Positions 9,156-18,763 are shown, counted from the first letter of the stretch. The stretch is DNA of 64,000 nt from Candidatus Heimdallarchaeota archaeon (GCA_021399345.1 JAAFKI010000045.1:51228-115227), one strand, 5' to 3'. The notes: a model not told the origin generated them from the sequence alone. Program-made: numbers and translations.

Positions 9156-9544
9156 TGGAACCACCCAAAATATGGAGAGAGAGAAGAGAGAAATATCTAG
9201 CTTTGGGAATCTTATGTCAGGAATGTAAAAGGAAGAGTTTTCCAATCACTCTATATTGTCCTCACTGCTCTAGTGAAAATATTTCAGAACTGAAACTTGC
9301 ACAAACAGGGAAAATTCTTCATTTTACAAGAGTAACTCAGACCGCAGAAGAATTGATGTTGTATGCGCCTTACATAATTGGTCTTGTTGAATTAGACGAT
9401 GGCATCAAAGTAACTGGACAAATTACTGATACCAAACTTGAGGATCTTACAGAAGGAATGAAAGTTCGAATGGTTTTCAGAATTTTATCAAAAAATGGTG
9501 AAGAAGGATTAATCGGATATGGATTTAAGTTTGTACTTATCTAA
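9155..9544 (+). CDS. DUF35 OB-fold/zinc-ribbon protein (thiolase-HMGCS scaffold)
   Basis: Zinc ribbon CQECKRKSFPITLYCPHCSS followed by an OB-fold-like segment (YIIGLVELDDGIKVTGQI). The start codon directly follows the thiolase stop codon (no overlap, no gap). Confidence 0.8.
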   Translation: MEPPKIWRERREKYLALGILCQECKRKSFPITLYCPHCSSENISELKLAQTGKILHFTRVTQTAEELMLYAPYIIGLVELDDGIKVTGQITDTKLEDLTEGMKVRMVFRILSKNGEEGLIGYGFKFVLI

Positions 9545-10954
9545 TCACTGCTTAATATGTACAAAAGATTGTGCCTTCAATCCTATTGACTGAATTTGCA
9601 GTCTAGCATTATCAACTTCATGTGCATATTGTTGGTCTCCTCCAACAAAAAATCCATGAACACCACCTTGAAACTTATCCTTTACTACAATGAATCCTAA
9701 GCCACACCCATTTCTCTTATCATCACAATAAACTACATATGAATTTTCTTTTGTTAGTTTGAGATCAAGATTAAGATGTGATACAGCGTAATTTGGGACT
9801 TGATGTACAATACTAGTATTAGAACAATAGGGGCATTTTGGTGAATAGAAACCTTTTAACCTTTTCTTAGCTTCATTGAAAACTTTAGTAAACCAGTATC
9901 CAGATGATGTCTTCAATAAACCGCTCATTTCAAGATTTGAAATAGAACTTAATTGTGGAAGTGCAGATAATTCTTCAATTGTGGCAACTTCTAGAAGCAA
10001 CCTAAAACCCTTGGTTGTTGTCTTTATGACTATTGGATGTTCAAAATGATCCTCTACAAATTTGTTATCTTTAGGAACATAAGGATTCATGTAACTTTTA
10101 TCCTTATCAATTATTGAAATATTGAAGAATATAGCTTTAACTGTAGTTGGGAACTTATCTATTTTTGTCCCAAAATGATAAACTGCAAAGTCCATAAGTT
10201 TGGGATGAACACTGTCATCTGGTTCATCTACAACAAAAACCATCATTTGATCATTTTGAGTAAGAGTGAGAGCTAATGGTGGAAGAGTAGGTTTATCTAA
10301 ATGGACAGATTTCATTATTCCAATTCTTCTAGATGCCAATACTTCTTCTATTTCAGTTATTGCTTGTTTGATATGGATCTCTGGTTCATGATCAATTGGT
10401 TCTGAAACCTCATATCCTTGATCCATTAACGATAGTTTAAAATCCTCATTCCAGAATTCCTGTAGCCAATCCCAAGGAAGATAAACTACGTTCTTCTTCT
10501 TATACCATGTTTTAGATTCTCTAGCATCCCCATCAAAATAATAGTAAAGCGGATGATTTCTAGAAGATTTTTCCATTATAATAACAGGAACAGCTTTCAT
10601 TCCTTTGAATTTGTCACAATAAATTGGATCCATTCCTGAATTTAAAGATAAAACACAGCTTAATAGCTTTAGAGCTGGTTCTTGAAGTTTAGCTTCAATT
10701 TGATCATCTGTTCCTTTAAATGGATCAGATGCTTCTCCACTTCTAGCGCGAATAGTTAAGAGTAAATCATCTTTGTACGCACACATGATTACTCTCTTGT
10801 AGCTTTCATAAAAATCAACGTTTCTTGTATAAATATTACACATCTCAACAGTAAAGCCTTTGTCTTGAAGATATGCTTCAACGAGCTTCATAAAATTTGT
10901 TTTAAACAAGCTCATGGAGGTATATCTGTAATTGTTACAGATAAAGTTTATCAT
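9545..10954 (-). CDS. hypothetical protein with C-terminal Cys4 zinc-ribbon-like motif
   Basis: 469-aa ORF with no family recognised. CPYCSNTS...(x31)...YCDDKRNGCG near the C-terminus. The start is uncertain (10954, or the ATG at 10915). It abuts the YkgJ-like gene on the same strand. Confidence 0.45.
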   Translation of the reverse strand: MINFICNNYRYTSMSLFKTNFMKLVEAYLQDKGFTVEMCNIYTRNVDFYESYKRVIMCAYKDDLLLTIRARSGEASDPFKGTDDQIEAKLQEPALKLLSCVLSLNSGMDPIYCDKFKGMKAVPVIIMEKSSRNHPLYYYFDGDARESKTWYKKKNVVYLPWDWLQEFWNEDFKLSLMDQGYEVSEPIDHEPEIHIKQAITEIEEVLASRRIGIMKSVHLDKPTLPPLALTLTQNDQMMVFVVDEPDDSVHPKLMDFAVYHFGTKIDKFPTTVKAIFFNISIIDKDKSYMNPYVPKDNKFVEDHFEHPIVIKTTTKGFRLLLEVATIEELSALPQLSSISNLEMSGLLKTSSGYWFTKVFNEAKKRLKGFYSPKCPYCSNTSIVHQVPNYAVSHLNLDLKLTKENSYVVYCDDKRNGCGLGFIVVKDKFQGGVHGFFVGGDQQYAHEVDNARLQIQSIGLKAQSFVHIKQ

Positions 10955-10956
10955 TA

Positions 10957-11511
10957 CTATGTTTGTTTCTTACCAAAGAGAGCTGTTAATAGTTCCTCTG
11001 TTATCTCAATAGTATTTGATCTTGATTCTTCAACATCCAGTTCGATAAATTCGCAGATATTTTTTGGATGAACTATAACACAAAGCTTGTTTTCATCTTT
11101 CTTGACTGAAAAAGGATAAAGCTGACATGTCAGTGGTTTGAATTTATGTACTTTACACAAACCTTTCTCATCAACAAAAACACACTCATTCACAAATGGT
11201 TTTTTTCTTAAGATGTAAGCTTTAATAAAACCATTTTTTTCAAGGTTTTTGTTTGCGATAAGAACAGGACTTAATTCTTCTAACATCTGATCAATTTCAA
11301 TGCCATGATCTTGCATAAGTCTAATATCTGGTTCAGTTACTGGAATGTTATTCAACCTACAACATTCAGTACAGCTTGTACATTCAAAATAGATATGTCT
11401 AACTACATCAATTTCACCATGTTCATTCACAGTAGCAATTATAGTTCCACTAATATCCATTTTTTTCCTGAATTGACCAAAAAGCTGAACATAAAAAGCT
11501 TGTCTATTCAT
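10957..11511 (-). CDS. YkgJ/UPF0153-family Cys-cluster protein (CxxCxxCC)
   Basis: FECTSCTECCRLNNIPVTEPD contains the CxxCxxCC motif of this putative Fe-S/zinc family. A second Cys pair lies in GLCKVHKFKPLTCQLYPF. Confidence 0.6.
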   Translation of the reverse strand: MNRQAFYVQLFGQFRKKMDISGTIIATVNEHGEIDVVRHIYFECTSCTECCRLNNIPVTEPDIRLMQDHGIEIDQMLEELSPVLIANKNLEKNGFIKAYILRKKPFVNECVFVDEKGLCKVHKFKPLTCQLYPFSVKKDENKLCVIVHPKNICEFIELDVEESRSNTIEITEELLTALFGKKQT

Positions 11512-11689
11512 GGTCTAGTATATTTCAAATTCTAAAAACACATAACATACACTGAATCAAGTAAAATGTGAGTATGGTTACCCGTGAATGGATAAGGCGT
11601 TATTTATGCAATCTTTTGTAACTTCAGAGATTTTAAATACTTTCACGCACATAGTAATAGATGGAAATTAATTTTTCAAAGTGATTTTA

Positions 11690-12103
11690 ATGAGTGAAAT
11701 GAATGAAATGATTAAAATGTTGGCTGATGCTTCTGAGGAGCAAAGACAACAAATGTTAACTCAAAGGTTGAAAATGATTGCAGGGCAACCAGAAGAACAA
11801 AGAGTTAAATCTCTAGCGGGCCTGATAACAGCTGTTACAGAACTGAAAGAGAAGAAAATGAAACCTTTTATTGCAACACGAACAAAAATACTTATGGGAT
11901 TAAGCCCAGAAGAGAAGGAAGCTCTTCTTCTAGGACGTATGAAAGCTGGTAAAATGGTTGGAGACAAAATTCATATGACAGACATGAAAGTAACACTAGA
12001 AGTTGCTAAACAAATGGGTGAAGAAAAACTCAAAATGCTAACTGGTCTTATGAAGCAAATTGCAGAGAAGCATGGGTTACCTACTCCTGAGTTCGGTTAT
12101 TGA
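11690..12103 (+). CDS. hypothetical helical protein
   Basis: ATG at 11690 (MSEMNEMIKML...); the ORF track starts at the GTG at 11681. Met/Lys/Glu-rich, all-helical appearance, no motif recognised. Confidence 0.4.
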   Translation: MSEMNEMIKMLADASEEQRQQMLTQRLKMIAGQPEEQRVKSLAGLITAVTELKEKKMKPFIATRTKILMGLSPEEKEALLLGRMKAGKMVGDKIHMTDMKVTLEVAKQMGEEKLKMLTGLMKQIAEKHGLPTPEFGY

Positions 12104-12182
12104 TCTGAAGAAGTAGATAATTAATATCTATTCTTTCTCTCTATCTTTTTCTCAAAGATTCGGAGTTAGAAAAAATTGTTTT

Positions 12183-13721
12183 ATGTTTAAATTAAGGATG
12201 ATTAAAATGATGGAAAATATATTCAAAAGGTACAAAGAAATTCTCTTTTTTGGTTTTTCTCTTGTGCTTATTTCATTGGGATTGGGGATTTGGAGAACTA
12301 TAAATGAAGCTACAATACAAGGTACAGTAGTAGAAATAGTATTGAAAAGATTCTTAGAAATAATCCCACTATTAGGTTTAGGGTTTCTGAAGCTAGGAAT
12401 TGGTTTTGCCATTGTAACTATTGTAAAAAGTATTAAATCTACAGGAGAAAATGCAACTGGAAGTTTCAAGAAAGCAGGCTTAAAATTAGAAAACTATAAA
12501 GCACCATTCTTTGCTAAGAGTTTCCCAATTATGCTAATTGCAGGAATACTCTCTGAATTAGTTGCAGCAGTTTTAATGATATTTTGGATAATAGCTGGTG
12601 TTAATGGTAATGAATTTGCTAATCATATATATGAAATAATTACTGTTCCAATTGAAGGATTGGGTGTTGCTTTACTGATAGGAGGTATAGCTTTTGGTTT
12701 AACCACTATAGTGCTCAATTTGGGTGTTCAAGTTAATGAATTACCTAAAAGACTGAAAGCACTGGTTAAAGGAGAAAAAGATCTAGAAGGATTACAACCT
12801 AGAAGTCTCATTCCAAGATGGACAAAGATTGTAACAATCACAGGTATGATTGTCACAGGATCTGCACTAATACCAGTCGCTATAATTAGAGCAGTTCACT
12901 ATGCAGTTAACTATTCACCAACATATGAAACACCAGTTGGTTTGAATGCATTACTTTGGGATACATGGATTTTTCTAGGGATAGCAATATTACTATTTGC
13001 AATAAGTTATTGGCTATTAAGAATTATAAAGTGGTTGAGAAGACAAAGAACTCAATTAGGAAAAACTGTTGAGGAAATAGCCGAAATGGAAGTTCCTACA
13101 ATAGAAAATCCTTTGAAAATCACAACTGCTGTGCACTCATTTGCTACTGCAGGATTAATGTGGATGTTTATCTTCTTCTTTGTAATTTCAATCTATCAAG
13201 CTTTTCAAGAAACTTTGCTAGGGGTTGTTCCTCTAAAAATGCTCATTAAACCTGGTAGAGCGATTAGTCTAGCTTTGCTTTTCATTGGAATAGGACTAGC
13301 ATTGTTAACCATAGTAGTTAATCTGAATCTCACAGCTTTTATGTTACCGAGCTCCTTTTCGAATATCGTAAATGCAATTAAGAAAGATGATACAAGAGTT
13401 GAGCTCCCTCAAGCTTCTAACAAACCCTTAAAGCTATCACCTATGAAACTATTCATCGGTTTACTAATTGGTGCATTTATAGTTCTCATAGGAACATTAC
13501 CACTTGCCATTCTAAGAATAAGTTACCAGTTTCAAGGACTTACACAGAGTCAGTTAACAGTTGAACATCTTATTGGTCCAATTGTATCTACTGGAGTTGG
13601 TTTAATTTTTCTAATGATTGGTTTATTCTTCAGCACCATTGTGGGTTTTGTTAAAGCAAGAAAAGCAATAATTAGTGAGGGTGTTGAAAGCTGTGTCTAT
13701 TACTCAATTGAGAAGAAGTAA
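12183..13721 (+). CDS. polytopic membrane protein built from about five internal 2-TM repeats
   Basis: 512 aa. A recurring module ends in G-x-G/A-hydrophobic-TIV: IGFAIVTIVKSIKS, IAFGLTTIVLNLGV, IGLALLTIVVNLNL, IGLFFSTIVGFVKA. A more divergent third unit reads LLFAISYWLLRIIKWL. Confidence 0.55.
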   Translation: MFKLRMIKMMENIFKRYKEILFFGFSLVLISLGLGIWRTINEATIQGTVVEIVLKRFLEIIPLLGLGFLKLGIGFAIVTIVKSIKSTGENATGSFKKAGLKLENYKAPFFAKSFPIMLIAGILSELVAAVLMIFWIIAGVNGNEFANHIYEIITVPIEGLGVALLIGGIAFGLTTIVLNLGVQVNELPKRLKALVKGEKDLEGLQPRSLIPRWTKIVTITGMIVTGSALIPVAIIRAVHYAVNYSPTYETPVGLNALLWDTWIFLGIAILLFAISYWLLRIIKWLRRQRTQLGKTVEEIAEMEVPTIENPLKITTAVHSFATAGLMWMFIFFFVISIYQAFQETLLGVVPLKMLIKPGRAISLALLFIGIGLALLTIVVNLNLTAFMLPSSFSNIVNAIKKDDTRVELPQASNKPLKLSPMKLFIGLLIGAFIVLIGTLPLAILRISYQFQGLTQSQLTVEHLIGPIVSTGVGLIFLMIGLFFSTIVGFVKARKAIISEGVESCVYYSIEKK

Positions 13722-13783
13722 ATTCTTCTTTTTATTTTCTTTTTAACAGCAACAGTTTTAATACTTTTTTTATCTCATAAATT

Positions 13784-14425
13784 GTGAGTGAAGATAAAGA
13801 AAGTTTTTCCATGGGTTCTTTCTGGAAAACAAATTTACCAACAAGGAATATTTTAGTGATAATCCTCATTGTACATATTGTTTTATGGATAATTACATTG
13901 TCTTTGGGGAACATTGCTACTTTCAGAGATGCTATATCTATAGCAGATGAGATATTAGTTGCAGTTGGTCAATATAATTACTTGGTTTTTCATGGGCATA
14001 TCTATCAATTAGTTACTTCGATTTTTGTTCATGTAGATCTTCTTCACTTGCTCTCTAACTGTTTATTTTTACTTGTTTTTGGCTTCAAGGTAGAAGAACG
14101 ATTATTATCCTGGCAATATTATTTTGTATTCATTATTTCAGGAATAATGGGTGGTTTGCTCTCTTTTGTATATGGACCTTATTCTATCTCAGCGGGAGCC
14201 AGTGGAGGTGTTTTCGGATTACTTGGGGCAGCTCTAGCGCTTATGTATCAGCATGAAAAAACTAAATCGTTTTGGGGATATCTGGCATCAGGAGGAATTT
14301 TCTTCTTAATAATGTCTTTTGGTAGTCCAAATGTCAATTTCTTTGCACATGCTATAGGATTAGTAACTGGTGGAATAATCCCATTTATCATTAAAAAAAG
14401 AAGACAAACAGTTATTGTAACTTAA
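13784..14425 (+). CDS. rhomboid-family intramembrane serine protease
   Basis: GASGGVFGLLGA (GxSG catalytic Ser), FAHAIGLVTGG (catalytic His), and HLLSNCLFLLVFG upstream. Six or seven hydrophobic helices. The start is the GTG at 13784 or the ATG at 13811. Confidence 0.75.
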   Translation: MSEDKESFSMGSFWKTNLPTRNILVIILIVHIVLWIITLSLGNIATFRDAISIADEILVAVGQYNYLVFHGHIYQLVTSIFVHVDLLHLLSNCLFLLVFGFKVEERLLSWQYYFVFIISGIMGGLLSFVYGPYSISAGASGGVFGLLGAALALMYQHEKTKSFWGYLASGGIFFLIMSFGSPNVNFFAHAIGLVTGGIIPFIIKKRRQTVIVT

Positions 14426-14431
14426 TCTTAG

Positions 14432-15118
14432 TTAGAAATATTCAGAAAGCTTTTTTTTCTCACTAAATTCTTTCTTTATTTTATTAACAGTATCCCATGA
14501 TTCTCTCACATATGCAGGGAATTTCTTATTTTTTGCATAATATCTTCTCAAAAATTCTCTTGTAATAGGATCAGCTGGATATCCAGAACCAATTTCCTCG
14601 CCTATTTTATTGGAGATTTTTTCTATTGCATCATCTCTTTCCTTTTTTGCAATAATCGAGGCAGCTGAGACAACAGGAAAAAGCATATCTGCTTTGTGTT
14701 TTGAGATTATTTCTGCATTAGAAAATTCAGTTTCAAATACTGCCCCAAATCTCTTCTCATTTACATCAGCTGCATCAATATAAATTTCTGAGGGGGTTGT
14801 TTTAAGATCCTTTGCTAACTTTAGCATTATCTTCTGTTCAATAATATTCAAAGTATAGTTCTTTCTTAATTCGTCAATTTCAGCTGCAGAAAGATGTTTG
14901 ACTTTGTAATCAACGGCTATAGGAATCAATTGAGAATATAATTCATCTCTTCTTTTCTTTGAAAGTAGCTTTGAATCTTTAACTTTGAGTTTAGTCAATT
15001 TGTCTATATCTTTCCTTGAAATGGCATATGCGCATATCACTAATGGCCCTATAACTGGACCTCTTCCAGCTTCATCAATTCCTACAATAATTTCCTCATG
15101 ATTTGTAATATTCTTCAC
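14432..15118 (-). CDS. rnhB: ribonuclease HII
   Basis: GIDEAGRGPVIGPLVICA, VKDSKLLS, AASIIAKKERD are classic RNase HII motifs. Confidence 0.85.
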   Translation of the reverse strand: MKNITNHEEIIVGIDEAGRGPVIGPLVICAYAISRKDIDKLTKLKVKDSKLLSKKRRDELYSQLIPIAVDYKVKHLSAAEIDELRKNYTLNIIEQKIMLKLAKDLKTTPSEIYIDAADVNEKRFGAVFETEFSNAEIISKHKADMLFPVVSAASIIAKKERDDAIEKISNKIGEEIGSGYPADPITREFLRRYYAKNKKFPAYVRESWDTVNKIKKEFSEKKKLSEYF

Positions 15119-15123
15119 CTACT

Positions 15124-16317
15124 TTAGAGATCGTTTATTATCTTTATCAACTCTTCATATTTTGCATCAGTTTTCAATCCCTCTGGATCAAATGGTGTTC
15201 TAGATGCTTTAAATCCAGCTTCAGTAAGAGCATCAATAATATTTTGCATTTTTATTCCTCTATTCACAGAATGACGTGTAACTAGAGGAAAATTATAGAA
15301 AAATGGAATTTCATCTATTTCTTCCAAAGCTAGTTTTAGCAATCTTGATATCCTCTTTTCACTAGGTAGTTCCATTGCCTTATTTATGTCGCTCATCAAG
15401 AGAAGATATTGCTCATCATACAATTCACCCAACCATAGTGGTCCAGCTCTCTCCAAAGAGTTGTCACAGATTGGACAATGTGTTAAAGAAAAGGTTTCTT
15501 GCAATGTAAAAGTTCTATAGTAAGAACATTGAGAACAAAAAGACAGCAAACCGATTTTTTGATGCTGACTATTAGCAGCTTCTTTGCTTTTCTCTATTTT
15601 TACTTTGATTCTCAAGAAATGCTCATGATGGTAACTTAATATTGGCTTTATTTCAAGACCAAGTCTTCCAGCACTAATGATTATATTGTATAGTAGAATT
15701 CTTAACGCAACTTCATGACATAAATAATGACGCGTTGGGTAAGAATTATAGATTCTTAAACACGCTTCTGAATACTTTCCACATAGAACTTGTAGATCAG
15801 TTGCCGTTGCGAATAGATACCCGGAATTTCTTTTGAGAGCATATAACGATGTTTCAAAAAATTTTATTGGAGAACCAAATGGATCTATATCTATTACATC
15901 TATTGATTGTCTCTGTTGTATAATTTTATAAAGTAAATCTGAAGCATCTGAGTGAATTATTTCAAATTTCTCTTTATTATCTAGTAGTAATGCATTTTTA
16001 GAAATTATTTCAATAGCTTTAGGATTTTTATCGTTAATAATCACTTTATTGATTGTTGAAGAGCTTAATTCTTTTAATATCCTGAAACTACGAATCCCAG
16101 TTCCAGCTAAAGCATCTACAAAAGTTAATGGTTCTCCTCGTTTTTTGGAAATTGTTTCTAGCATAAGAAGGGTAAAATCTCTATTTAATGTCATTTTAGG
16201 ATTATAGAATACTGAAGCATCGTATATTCTTTCGGCGTCTTTAATTATTTCTAATTCTGTATTTCCTTCTTTGACTTTCTTCCAACTACCTGTTGTCATT
16301 GAATCACCCCAATACAC
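15124..16317 (-). CDS. trm1: tRNA (guanine26-N2)-dimethyltransferase Trm1
   Basis: VFYNPKMTLNRDFTLLML, DALAGTGIRSFR, IDIDPFGSP, and the Cys cluster CSQCSYY...CPICD. The start may be the ATG at 16299. Confidence 0.85.
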   Translation of the reverse strand: MYWGDSMTTGSWKKVKEGNTELEIIKDAERIYDASVFYNPKMTLNRDFTLLMLETISKKRGEPLTFVDALAGTGIRSFRILKELSSSTINKVIINDKNPKAIEIISKNALLLDNKEKFEIIHSDASDLLYKIIQQRQSIDVIDIDPFGSPIKFFETSLYALKRNSGYLFATATDLQVLCGKYSEACLRIYNSYPTRHYLCHEVALRILLYNIIISAGRLGLEIKPILSYHHEHFLRIKVKIEKSKEAANSQHQKIGLLSFCSQCSYYRTFTLQETFSLTHCPICDNSLERAGPLWLGELYDEQYLLLMSDINKAMELPSEKRISRLLKLALEEIDEIPFFYNFPLVTRHSVNRGIKMQNIIDALTEAGFKASRTPFDPEGLKTDAKYEELIKIINDL

Positions 16318-16320
16318 AAC

Positions 16321-16917
16321 TTATGATTCTGATTTGAAGTCTTTAGCTACCAAGTATATTTCCGAACTCTGTTTCCTTGAGGATTTTGGCTTGAATAATT
16401 TTACTACGTTGAAGAGTTCTTTAACCCTCTTTACAAATTCCTGTGTTTCACTCCCCTGGAATATCTTGCAGACAAAAGATCCGCCCATGTATAATATATT
16501 GGATGCAAGTTCTAGAGCTCTATATGCAAGTATAGATTGTATAGAATGATCCACATCATAATTACCTGAAATATTTGGAGCACAATCGGAGATTAGAACA
16601 TCTGATTTTCCAAAGTTCTCTAGGAGAAATGTGGCTAGGTCTTTTCTAAAAATATCCTGAAAAAGAATGGTAATGTTATTCTCTTTAAATTCCTGAATAT
16701 ATGCTTTATCTATTGCAATTACCAAACCATTGCTTCCAACTTTTCTAGAAGCTACTTGTGACCACCCACCAGGAGAAGCACCTAAATCGACAATTTGCTG
16801 ACCCTTTTTGAAAATACTAAATTTGTCATTTATTTCAAAAAGCTTGTAAGAAGCTCGTGATCTAAAACCACTTACTCTTGCTTTTCTTGCATAAGGGTCA
16901 TCACTCAAAGTAATCAC
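16321..16917 (-). CDS. rlmE: 23S rRNA 2'-O-ribose methyltransferase RlmE/FtsJ
   Basis: FRSRASYKLFEINDKF, VDLGASPGGWSQV, VLISDCAPNISG, KIFQGSE. Confidence 0.85.
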   Translation of the reverse strand: MITLSDDPYARKARVSGFRSRASYKLFEINDKFSIFKKGQQIVDLGASPGGWSQVASRKVGSNGLVIAIDKAYIQEFKENNITILFQDIFRKDLATFLLENFGKSDVLISDCAPNISGNYDVDHSIQSILAYRALELASNILYMGGSFVCKIFQGSETQEFVKRVKELFNVVKLFKPKSSRKQSSEIYLVAKDFKSES

Positions 16918-16977
16918 ATAGATTTATTTGAGTTATTTTAAAAATCATTATTGATAAGAATTGTGTCCTTTTATTTA

Positions 16978-17442
16978 TTACTTCAAGGGTATACGCACTC
17001 TATCATCATCATCCAGAATATCATATTCAATGAATCTGAAAGATTGTATATCCTTTGATTCATCTTCTTCAATTAACCATTCATTGTAAAGTCTGCAAGA
17101 TACAGGATTTACTGGATTATTGATTGCACATTCGGTTATCCTATCACAAATGAAGCAAGGACATACCATAGTCATCCAGCCAGTTTCTTTTTTCTTTGGA
17201 ATTGTTAGAACATAGTCTTTAACATTACCTTCTGCAATAGGGATTTTTAAAATTCTATTTGAATAAAGAAGTTCATCCAATTTGTGAATGACAGTTTCAT
17301 GACCACCGAGAATATCTAACACTTCTCTGTAGAGCAAATTTTTATTCTTAGTTCTGTCTATCAACTCAATTATTTCATCCCCAAGGGCAATACTATAATT
17401 TTTCTCTATCTTAATTCTTTGAACAGGCATCATTCTCTTCAC
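16978..17442 (-). CDS. TFE-beta / RPC34-like protein (winged helix + Fe-S Cys cluster)
   Basis: An N-terminal wH-like segment, then CPCFICDRITECAINNPVNPVSCRLYNEWL. The CxxC-x5-C-x10-C-x-Y-xx-WL pattern matches my memory of the cubane Fe-S domain of archaeal TFE-beta and eukaryotic RPC34/39. Confidence 0.45.
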   Translation of the reverse strand: MKRMMPVQRIKIEKNYSIALGDEIIELIDRTKNKNLLYREVLDILGGHETVIHKLDELLYSNRILKIPIAEGNVKDYVLTIPKKKETGWMTMVCPCFICDRITECAINNPVNPVSCRLYNEWLIEEDESKDIQSFRFIEYDILDDDDRVRIPLK

Positions 17443-17643
17443 ACCAGCTGAAAGTTATCGAATCCCTTCACTATCCATTTTGATATCGAAGTACCCAAAC
17501 AACAATCTTATCGTCTGGTTATACATTCCCCATCAGCATATTTAAGTATTAACACAGTTCAAGTTATTTTAATAATTTCTGAAAAAATTAGAAATTCTTG
17601 TATATTGAATTATAGCGACAATAATAGGGAAAGTGAAGTATTT

Positions 17644-17964
17644 TCAACTTCTTTTTTTTACTGCCTTGTTATACTTTGATGAATATGATTTTTTTCTCTG
17701 CCTTACATTAGAAGGTTTTCGCTCAATCACATAAAGCAAAGTATTAACATCAAATGATTCCTTATATTGGGGCTTGATTTTAATACTTACATAAGGGTAT
17801 TTAACTGGTCCAAAAATGTCCACAATTTTCCCAATATGTTCCATTTTTTCAGTGACAACATTAGATCCAATTTTGGGGAGTTTTGGGGGATTTTGTAGTA
17901 TTGCATTTCCCAGATCACTAAAAAACATTATAGTACCAAGCTTCTTTATTCTATCTCGCTCCAA
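17644..17964 (-). CDS. gar1: H/ACA RNP protein Gar1
   Basis: RIKKLGTIMFFSDLGNAILQNPPKLPKIGSNVVTEKMEHIGKIVDIFGPVKYPYVSIKIKP matches the archaeal Gar1 core (..IGKV.DVFGPV..PYV.VKP). The ORF-track start at 18054 would overlap srp19. I place the start at the TTG at 17964, just after the srp19 stop; the ATG at 17928 would truncate the conserved N-terminus. Confidence 0.6.
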   Translation of the reverse strand: MERDRIKKLGTIMFFSDLGNAILQNPPKLPKIGSNVVTEKMEHIGKIVDIFGPVKYPYVSIKIKPQYKESFDVNTLLYVIERKPSNVRQRKKSYSSKYNKAVKKRS

Positions 17965-17983
17965 TTTAATCAAACTCTTTAAT

Positions 17984-18322
17984 TTATTTGGATCTGGATT
18001 TTGGCTTTTTTGAATCTCCAGATTTTTCAACTTTTTTGAGTTTTCTAGAAACATTTGCTACTCGTCTAATCAACTCGGTTTTACTTGTTATTCCTTCGGG
18101 ATTAACAATGACTCTACCTTCGCTCTCCCACTGTTTTTTAGAATATTTTTTGTCTTTTTCAACTTCATATTCCAGCTCTAGATACTTACATGCATAAACT
18201 ATTTTTGATAAATTGCATTGATCTACTGCTTTATTTTTAGAAACTTTTCTTCCTTGTTTACGTGTAAGTTGTTTATTAAAATATTCTGGGTAGAGAACAA
18301 AATAACGCTTTTTGCGTAACAT
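17984..18322 (-). CDS. srp19: signal recognition particle protein SRP19
   Basis: FVLYPEYFNKQLTRKQGRKVSKNKAV...LSKIVYACKYLELEYEVE is the typical SRP19 N-terminal pattern (WP.Y.D...sR.eGRrv). 112 aa with a basic tail. Confidence 0.8.
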   Translation of the reverse strand: MLRKKRYFVLYPEYFNKQLTRKQGRKVSKNKAVDQCNLSKIVYACKYLELEYEVEKDKKYSKKQWESEGRVIVNPEGITSKTELIRRVANVSRKLKKVEKSGDSKKPKSRSK

Positions 18323-18367
18323 GATATAGCCTTATTTGAATTGTTATTAAAATATTTGGAAGATTTA

Positions 18368-18763
18368 CTATTCTTCCTTAGGCTCTAGCAATACGCAGTT
18401 TATATTCCCATGTTGGCCAGGTCTGCTTGTAACTATTGCTTTACCTATTTCTGTATCTATAACACAACCTTTGGTAATAATCCTTCTTCTTGCGTATTCA
18501 CGGTTTGCCTTATTTTCAAGAACATTAAGTATTTTGACTTTCTGTGAGATACCTGTTGATTGATCTAAAACATTAGCATGTTGATCTACTAGAGTTCGAT
18601 ATTTGAGATTTCCACCACGTGTTCTAATCGGTTTGAGTACTCTTGGACCAATTTGAGTTTCAGCTGGATATCTACCCATATCTCTTTTCTTCTTAGAAGC
18701 TGCTCTTCGGATAAGACCGCCTGATAGTTTTCTTCGTGAGCGTTTTAACCACTGATATGGCAT
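18368..18763 (-). CDS. rps8e: 30S ribosomal protein S8e
   Basis: [32 protein letters not shown]...[10 protein letters not shown]... is the characteristic S8e sequence. Confidence 0.9.
   Translation of the reverse strand: MPYQWLKRSRRKLSGGLIRRAASKKKRDMGRYPAETQIGPRVLKPIRTRGGNLKYRTLVDQHANVLDQSTGISQKVKILNVLENKANREYARRRIITKGCVIDTEIGKAIVTSRPGQHGNINCVLLEPKEE

Noticed and set aside
17443-17643. Possible C/D box sRNA in the 200-nt gap between gar1 and the TFE-beta-like gene
   Set aside because: On the minus strand there is only a weak CUGAUGG and a 5-bp terminal pairing (GCTGA/TCAGC). There is no D box CUGA at the 3' end and no C'/D' pair. It is more likely promoter plus leader.
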